A stretch of 64,000 nt of DNA from Zygnema circumcarinatum SAG 698-1b (lineage: Eukaryota; Plantae; Zygnematophyceae): the NCBI GenBank assembly GCA_037447605.1, contig CM074816.1, forward strand, positions 2,012,525 through 2,076,524. The letters run 5' to 3'. Both the position numbers and the translations under genes were made by a program. A model generated the notes under the pieces. The model ran no database searches and was not told the origin of the DNA. It saw only the letters and a list, made by a program, of their open reading frames with translations. Positions 56,201-64,000 of the stretch are shown piece by piece; within the stretch, counting starts at the first letter, position 1, and every line of letters begins with the position of its first letter.

Positions 56201-57199
56201 AATGCCTGCAAGGAATTGAAGAGGGGCCACACAACCGCTCCATTGTACATGTGCACCTCTACATACCTATTTTGCTCGCCTCCCCCCAGCCCCCTCCCCC
56301 GAGAAGATCAAATTAGGGCACCGATAGTCACAGCAGACAGCAGAACACAGGCGCAAGCCAAGGTATGCAAAGGCAGCTGCGGAACGTCCATACAGTTGTA
56401 TGCTGAACCCTCACTTTCCTTTTCCCCTTCTCCATAACCTAACAGTCACCATCGCGCCAATCACATGTTTGGCTGCATCCTCATCAAGCGAATGTAAACA
56501 CTGAACGCATTGCCTGCGACGAGCAGGGGAGGCTTCCACTTCCTCAAGGGGGTTCGATTGTGTTAAGGAAAAGCAATGCGCACCACGGCTCGTGATGCAG
56601 ATACTGCAGAGCAGCTTCATAGGCTCCTTTGAATATATGCAGATATTCTTCATCTCCTAAGAGGATGTGAGCCTGCACAAGTGCAACATAACAATATTCC
56701 ATAGGCTTGGAAGGCAATAAGAGCACTAAGTCTGGTCATTGAATACGACCTAGTAATCTTGAGGCAGGTAATGTTTACGCTTTTGTAGCCCAACCATGCT
56801 TGTAAAAACTGTAAAGCACATAAACAATCCTGTAGGTGGATGCTGACCTTGAGTAGGTACTCGTAGAACGAGTCAATGCTTGTACCTATGCCTGCATCCT
56901 GCATACCAAATACGGCGACGAGTGAGGGAGGTTTCTACGATCTAGTCAGTTTCTGACCAGAGCCAAGTTTCAGATATAAGGACCCATAAAATGATGCATT
57001 GCAGGTGACTTCCAGGGTGCTCACAAGAGAACAAAACAATAAGAGAGAGGGGGGCATGAAGAATACAGAGGAGTGGAGCGAGAGGGGACTATGGAGAGAG
57101 GGAGAGAGGGGAAGGGCAAAGAGAGAGTTGGGAAGGGAGTTGGGGGGGACGAGAGAGAGAGAGAGAGGGAGAGAGAGAAAGAGTAGGGAGGGAGGGAGG

Positions 57200-57238
<39 letters not shown>

Positions 57239-59795
57239 CTAGCTAAAGATTGGGCTACTGAAAATCTGACCTAGAAAGCAATTTGGTTTTAGGATTGACC
57301 TTCTGCGTCCACTCTCCCGTGAAGACGTGTATGTGTGCCCCCACCAGCCCCAGCGCGCTGCGCTGTGCCCACAGCCCCAGGGCTGCGTTCCGCGCCGCCT
57401 CCTCGTACGCTGCGCCGTCCAACAGTGAGCCTCGTCACACGTCTTGCGCACGCACTCCCGGACTCATTTCCGTAAAGAATACAACTCCTTAGAGTATACC
57501 GAAACACACATTTGGCCCCTTTAAGTTACAATATGGGAGTCTCCAGATGCTTGTGGGCTAAGAGGAGTGTGGTCTAACCAGGATTGCCAGTCAATCGGCT
57601 CAAAATGCCGAACTCAAGAGCCAAAGTTCCACCGCCTGCTGTCGAGGTGACCTGCAGCTTCCTCAAACCTTCTTCAGAGGAAAAGACGTCAATAATGACT
57701 TGTCTTATGTTCACGCGGAAAGAGGGGTTACAGCCGCCGCAAATGCTCTCATATAGCTCGTTTACCAAACCCTTAACGCTCAAGCAGCGTGATCATGGTC
57801 CAAAAGGGCACCGATAGTCACAGCCGACAGCAGTGACTGCTGTCTCATGACTTTTCACTTCAGTATATTCGCATTCAAGTGCAGTGAAGAGTGCTGGTTG
57901 AACGTGAACATATAAAATGTAAATAGTAAGTTGGAGGAAGAAGGCAGCCATACTTTGGTTTCATCGGGCAGCACTCCATATCGCAAGTTCACAGATCCAT
58001 AGGGGATGCCTGCAAACGCCCAAAACAAGATCAGTACGACCTTAGATCATTCGAACTCTACAATTAGTTGCCCCACCTTTAGCTCCCTCCCTCCCATCGA
58101 CAGAGAAGCTAGTAAGAGGGCTCATAACTTCATTAAACATGGAACGCATATGCACATTCCATCCCGTCAACAATCAGCTACATCTAGCAAGGAAAGCGAA
58201 GGGAGAAGAACTGGGACCCACGTTCATTACAATGCTTAAACTGGAACAAGTGACAAGATGAAGTTTATCTCATGCTGGGAAGCTCTGAGTAACTAGATCC
58301 GGTTCATGCTTCCCGTGAGAAGAGTACCTGTTGGAGTATCGAAAGCAGGTAACATCCGACGGCCCAGGTCCTCTGCCAGATGTAGAAGGGTGCCATTGTA
58401 GCCCTCTATTTGCATTCCCTGACTCCCTTTCCACGATCCTCCTTCCCCGAGAATGAAAACAAGAACAAGCGAACCAAACAACAACATTCTCCTTCAACAA
58501 AGACGTACAGAACGAAAGCATGGGCTTTAGGAGTTTGAGGAGCTTGAGAACTGCCTTTTGTTCTCCCTTCCACTTACTGTGTCAGGGTCGCTTGCAAGTA
58601 GGTGAGCAGAAAGGAGTCCACCCATGATACGAATGTTTGTTTCAAAGACCGAAACAGTCTTATTCTGTGGCCTCACCCACCACCACAAGCCCATGGCAAA
58701 CTTAGCCCTTCATCACCAAATCCACGGGTACTCTACAGAAGGATCTTAGCTCACGCATTCAACCTTGCCGGAAGGGTTTATTATAATCCCTGTTCGCAAC
58801 TGCACGGCTAAGCTGGCCAACACAATCCGTTGGAACGATCCATTAACTAGGGCGGTAATGGTTGCAACCACCTTTAGAAAGAGGAAATTGACATTGCTAA
58901 TCCGTTTATTGACTATCTTGCGCGATTGTCAGCCACATAGTCACGCGCGGACAAGGTGGCATTGGTGATCAGCCGAGCCATAATTTTCACCTTGTCAAAG
59001 TCAATATTGGCCTCAACCCACTTTACGGCCTTCTTGAACTCCGAATAATTGCCCATCAGAGCCAGGGAGTCCAACGCATCTACCTGGCATGTCAGCAATT
59101 GCACTTTGTCAATGTAAAGCATGTGGGCTGTGATTGCTTGCCATCATATGTGATTTACGAGCGCAGAAGCGTGCATGAAGAATACAAGCACTTACAAGTG
59201 TGAGAGAATAGCCTCCTAGTGAATCCTCCCCTGAGCAGCTCATGGGACGAAGCTCATCCAAAGGAAACGCATGCTCCATGTAATTGTCATAGGAGTGATA
59301 GAACATGGCTTTCACCTGCATGGCTCATTAAGTTATTACTGAAGCGCGCACAGCCTCCAATGATGACTTCTGCAAATCCGTTCTAAATGTTTGGCACCAA
59401 AGACATTGCATACGTGCGTATCGTCCTCAACGTGCTGTCCACGAGTTAGCATCCCAGGATCCAACTCGGGAGCTGCGACTAACAATCCAAACGTGAACTC
59501 TGGAAGTAATCTTAAGCATCACCCGCGTACGTCCAGACCAATGCCGTCTATTCGTCCAATTCTTAAACTGAGGGATGGGATTCTTTACATTGTAGGGCTT
59601 ATGTCATCAAAGTCGTCCTTGTGTCCTACAGCTACGTCATTTTCTGCATTTGAGTTTACAAGTTCTCACCTCATTGCGAAGGTCTGTCGCCTCCTCCAAT
59701 CCCACGTGCAAGACAGAGCGGGCTGCGTTTCCACGAAGGAAGAGCAAGAGAGAGGCGACGAAGACGACGGAGGGAAGAAGCGCAGGAGTCGCCAT
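53284..59795 (-). CDS. MNS4: EDEM-like class I alpha-mannosidase (GH47), MNS4 type; multi-exon
   Basis: [40 protein letters not shown]; [16 protein letters not shown]; [17 protein letters not shown]; [22 protein letters not shown]; [11 protein letters not shown]|VKYLYLLFD; YVFSTEGH; last exon [13 protein letters not shown]. Confidence 0.94.
56315..57833. repeat. Two dispersed direct copies of a 29-bp motif in separate MNS4 introns
   Basis: AGGGCACCGATAGTCACAGC(A/C)GACAGCAG at 56315-56343 and 57805-57833, 28/29 identical. Confidence 0.85.
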
Positions 59796-60204
59796 GGCAG
59801 CAGGAGGCGCTGGGAGGATGCGGCTTTTCCCTTGTCCCTGCCTCCCTTGCCTTGGCGGGGCCCCGCTCGGGTTCGCAGTTCGCAACTTGCAGTCGCAGGG
59901 CGCTGGACCGGCCCGACGAGCGCGCCCGCTCGCGCGGAGCAGAGAGCAGCGCGGCGGAGCGGAGTGCTGCGACGCGACTGCGAGACGGAGCGGAACGGTG
60001 CGGAGCGGCTTCGCTGCGGGAGGGACATCGATCCGAGCGTTCGCCTCCGCGTTCGGAGCGCTACAGTCTATGGAGCGCCGGCATGCTTCAGTGGTCGGAG
60101 AAGCGCACGAGAGAGGGAAAGGATGAGAGTGACAAGAGCGACTGTCCCTCGCAATGGATGCAGACAGAGGTAGGTACTCTCGTTATCCCTTTCACTGCGG
60201 AACC

Positions 60205-60990
60205 CCTCTCTCTCTCCCTCTCCTTCTGACAGCGGCCTCTCTCTCTCCATCCTTGTCTCTTTCATCCCCCAACCCATTCTTCCCTCTCCCCCCTCCCTCG
60301 CTCTCTCCCCCTTCCTCTCCCGCCCTCTCTCTCGTTCTGTCTCATGGCAGTTCTCCTCTACCTCTCTACCTCTCTACACTCACAGTAGCCCTCTTCCTTT
60401 CACTCTCGCCCTTTCTCCACTCATGATAGCTGGCTCTCCCTCTCCCTCTCCCGTTGGCCTCACGGTAGGCCTTTTCTCCTCACATCTCTCCCTTCCTCTC
60501 CCTTCCTCTCCCTCTCTCCATTCACGGCAGGCCCGCTCATATTCTCCTTCTCTCAACTCACAGTTCCCCTTCTCGCTTTCTCCGTCTGTCTCTCTCTCCC
60601 TCCCATGTCGCCCTTTCCCTTACGGCTGCCCCCCTCGTTGGGCTTTTCGATGCCGATTCCTTTCAAATTCCATATTTGGCAAGCAGCAAAGAAATATAAA
60701 GGAAACGAGAGAGTGGAGCGAGAAAGACGGGGAGAGATCGAGGGAAGGAGAGGGAGAGGAAGAGAGATGGGGAGAGCGAGAGTGAAAGTGTGAGGGAAAC
60801 AGAGGGAAAAGGGGATGGAGAGATAGGGAGAGAGAGGAAGAGAGAGGGGGGAGAGAGTAGAGTGAGGGAGAGAGAGCGGAGGGGATTGAGAGAGTGGGCG
60901 AGAGAAAGAAGGTGGGAGAGTGGGAGAGGCGAAGAGAGAGAGAGAATGGAGAGTGAGGAGGAAGGGGGGAGGAGGGAGGGAGAACTGAGA
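60205..60990. repeat. Long low-complexity polypyrimidine tract followed by a polypurine tract
   Basis: About 60205-60625 is predominantly C/T and about 60705-60990 is predominantly G/A. Confidence 0.85.
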
Positions 60991-61054
60991 ACCCCTCTCT
61001 CTGTGTTTTACTTTCTCTCTTTCTCTCTCTCTCTCTCTTTTTCTCTCGATTTTC

Positions 61055-61337
61055 TGCTTGTGGCCAGGTTATTGGGCTTGATGGAGACTGCTTGAAAATT
61101 ATTGCTAGAGAAGAAAGTTGACAAGTCTCGGTATGGAGTTAGGATTTTTTTAAACTATTGGCACTTGCAATCGTTGGTGAAAAAGAGATGCGAGAGAAAA
61201 CAAGAAAATACTAACGACTTCAAATGCTATTAGTTTAGAAATATTTTAACTCCGTTGAACCAAGATTTTTTAGGTCTTCTTTTTTCGCAATAATTTTCAA
61301 GCAATTTTCATCAAGCCTAACAACCTGGCCACAAGCA
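61055..61337. mobile_element. Foldback/MITE-like element, 283 bp, with long TIRs
   Basis: Arms starting TGCTTGTGGCCAGGTT match at 46/51 (53/61 extended) as inverted repeats around an AT-rich core. No convincing TSD was found. Confidence 0.7.
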
Positions 61338-61674
61338 CTTCGAGTGGCTTTCACTGTCGTCTAAGAAAGTCAAGTCTCTCTCTCTCTCTCGCTCTCCTCT
61401 TTGAAAAAAGGAGACGCCAAAGGTAAACCCCAAACTCAAACTCACATCATAATGAAAAAACGCGCAAAAACAACAGCCGTTCTAACAATAGAACTAATGG
61501 CGTATTACAACTAACGTTGTGTAACACCAGTGGTAGACGAGCTCCGCTAAAGATGCTTGAGGACAGGGTTGCACTCTCCAGTGGACTATCACAGTCGCGG
61601 CATAAAGTTGGAGAATTTCCTCTCCCCCAACTAAACCCCTTTTGTAAAGTTTTGCTGAGATGTCCCTGAGCCTT

Positions 61675-63834
61675 TCAGTAAGCCCGCTTAACTAATTCCC
61701 TCAAACTGCCAGAGGGCGAGTAGATGATGGGGGAATATGCGGGCGACCACATGTTTTCCCCTACGTAGGCCGAAAGCTTGTCCTGGACACCCGCAGCAGG
61801 AAAAACAAAACATCAACAGCCTGAACCTTGTCAATGGTTAACTGCATTGTGTTCTAGAGTGGAGGAGATTTGGGAAGGTGTTTAGCGACGGCAAGGGAGG
61901 GAAAGTTTAAGCGTAAGGAAATAGAGTAAACATGGTGGATTTGGCAAGTAAGGAGCCTGACTACCAATCCTGTCGTCAAATGCAGTTCCCATGTCCATCA
62001 TTTTTCCGCAACAGAGGGAAGACGCATTAGACACGAGCCGATTGAGCAGGAACAAATTCACGTTTAGAAGACTCGGCGAATCAATCAAGTACAAATCACA
62101 AACAGCGTCAATTCATTAAAATAACGCAAGCACTTTGCTGCGTGAACTGCATCTTCACCAACAGGGAGCGACTCACACCTCTGACATTCGGCGAAGGTGT
62201 TTAGGCTCAGTGTCCCGGTACCCCTCTGCCAAATCCTCTTCAAGAGCTTGCCGGGCCACCGAAGTAGCCACTTCTCGCGTGATTTCGCGAATACTGCAGG
62301 TATGGTAACGAGACCCACTTTAAACATGGATCAAAGAAACTGAACAGTCTGCAGTGATAATATCTGACGATACCGTCCATGAAAAATCTGCTAAATACAG
62401 GCAGCAATCAATTTAAGCAACAGGACCTATCAGCAAGCTCTGAGCCATCGAACGCACTGTAAAGCTGAGAGCTCAAGGTCAGGAATGGAGGATGAAACCT
62501 CTTACACAAATTAGGGAAACACAACAAAATGTGCTGGATACAGAAGCCCGAGGAGAATGCACAAGTCTAGAACGAATGCTGACCTCTCTGTCGGTGGAAA
62601 AACTATCCCTTGGTCGATCTCTTCATCAGTCATGAACGAGGCCAATCTGGGAGGAACAGATGCAAAATTGAAGGTCAGTTCAAAATCTAGTTATTCCTGT
62701 AAAATTGAAAGGACGGTAGCAAGCTCAGATAGGTGCTCTGCTTTATACGCAGACTACAACATATAGCAGGACGTTGGTCCATATAGAATGGTCAAGCAAT
62801 TTTCCTGAATTGAATCCCTGGAGGTGAAGAGTGAAATGGATGTTCCCGTGACCTTCGGAAAAGGACCATGAGTTCACATTCCTACAGAGATAAACAAGTC
62901 TTAATAGGTGAAAAGTGGTGTTCCTTTTCTTTGCTTGGGATCGTGGATATCATCCGCTATATCAGTACGTTATGTATCATGCAACGGCAGTACGTACACA
63001 TGCCGCCTCGCCAGCTCGCCGTCCCAAGCCCAGCAGTTGCAGAGGGGCCTGACCTTCATTCATACGTTCCAGGCATGGCTCCCCTATTGCTACACAGCTA
63101 AAATGCATACGTTTTTATAAAGCTAAGCGGCAGTGGTTAATCTCAAGCCCCAAACCAGATGCTCCAGCTGACTCAAGGGTCTGCGAGACATGACCGTGGC
63201 GTGTTGTGTTGTTCCAACAGGGGCGCTGAAAGGGCCTGTTGCGACTCATGATGTACTCACGCGCACACAAGAACTGACTGCGCGCGGGAGCAGTGGAGAA
63301 GTCTGCATCACCTAGTGGCTGCTGCATGGAGCATGCCGTCTGAGACGGACCGCGCTCCCGACAAAAGAGTGCCGAGGCCAATCCTGAAGGCAGTTGAGAT
63401 AAACAGCAGCCAATGGTGAGCGAATGGTCCCTAAACCATAGCCGAGCTGCATTTTTCATTTGTCTTTTTAACATCCCCACCGATAGACTGGCAATGCACT
63501 GGGCATTCATATTGGGCTGGCATTCCTGTAAAGACATGATCACGTAACAAACAAGGGCCAATTCCACTTGAGTGGCCAGATGCCCTTGCATTCCGGTGAC
63601 TCATTAGCTACAATGGAGATAGTTGGAGAAGATCTAATAGCAGAGACGCACATGTAGCAGTGAATTGAATGCAGATCTTGCATTTGATTTGATACGGAGA
63701 CTTAATTTCAGATAATGGCTAGGTCACTTTCCTTAGGTCAGGACCAGATTCGATTGCTTAGTACAAACAGTGAACTCACCCAGGAAAGAGATACATGTTA
63801 TTCCCCTGGTTGGCGTGGCCCATGAGTCCATGCC
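61675..63834 (-). CDS. NAD-ME: Mitochondrial NAD-dependent malic enzyme, 3' exons; gene continues past the right edge
   Basis: GHANQGNNMYLFPG|IGLGTLLSGARSVSDGMLHAAAT|RLASFMTDEEIDQGIVFPPTES|IREITREVATSVARQALEEDLAEGYRD...MSE|DKLSAYVGENMWSPAYSPIIY, stop at 61675-61677. Confidence 0.92.
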
Positions 63835-64000
63835 CTACATGTGGCCACATTCACTATGGCAGTTGAGATGGAGCCCAAATCAAGGGAAAGAATGAAAGGG
63901 TGAAGCCAAATGTAGACAAGGATGGACGTGGCCATCATGGATTGCAGGCCACAGTACTTGGATTCCGGCTGTGGCGAAAATTTTCATTACATTACTATTT

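Noticed and set aside
59391-60173. 260-aa plus-strand ORF
   Set aside because: Antisense to MNS4 exon 1 and its GC-rich promoter; no homology signal.

Overview
Gene-dense, intron-rich eukaryotic genomic DNA from a green plant lineage. Land-plant-type genes, GC-rich promoter islands and microsatellites point to a streptophyte alga; that assignment is inference. Thirteen protein-coding genes could be assembled by hand from GT-AG splice sites and family motifs, left to right: cyclin B (5' part, -), IQ-BAG co-chaperone (-), DPB3/POLE4-type histone-fold protein (-), DUF1191 membrane protein (+), V-ATPase accessory Ac45/Voa1-like protein (-), ACP6-like histidine acid phosphatase (+), OPT oligopeptide transporter (-), DUF1218 protein (+), two tandem secreted type-B carboxylesterases (-), GPCAT (+), plastid glyoxalase-I-like VOC protein (+) and EDEM-type mannosidase MNS4 (-). 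The 3' end of NAD-malic enzyme (-) adds a fourteenth. No rRNA, tRNA or CRISPR array was seen, and most long ORFs in the supplied track are artefacts of repeats or GC-rich promoters. The strongest observations are: (1) both esterases have an intact Ser-Glu-His triad but unusual GHSRG and HGGD active-site motifs; (2) the diverged esterase paralogs share a 118-bp perfectly identical exon-plus-intron tract; (3) a perfect 21-bp inverted repeat brackets a frame-preserving GPCAT exon; (4) three unrelated MITE-like elements, two with 8-bp target-site duplications; (5) CATG-core tandem arrays recur at promoter edges; (6) the cyclin B promoter has an MSA cluster and a CHR-like site. Family calls come from recalled motifs and homologues, not from database searches.
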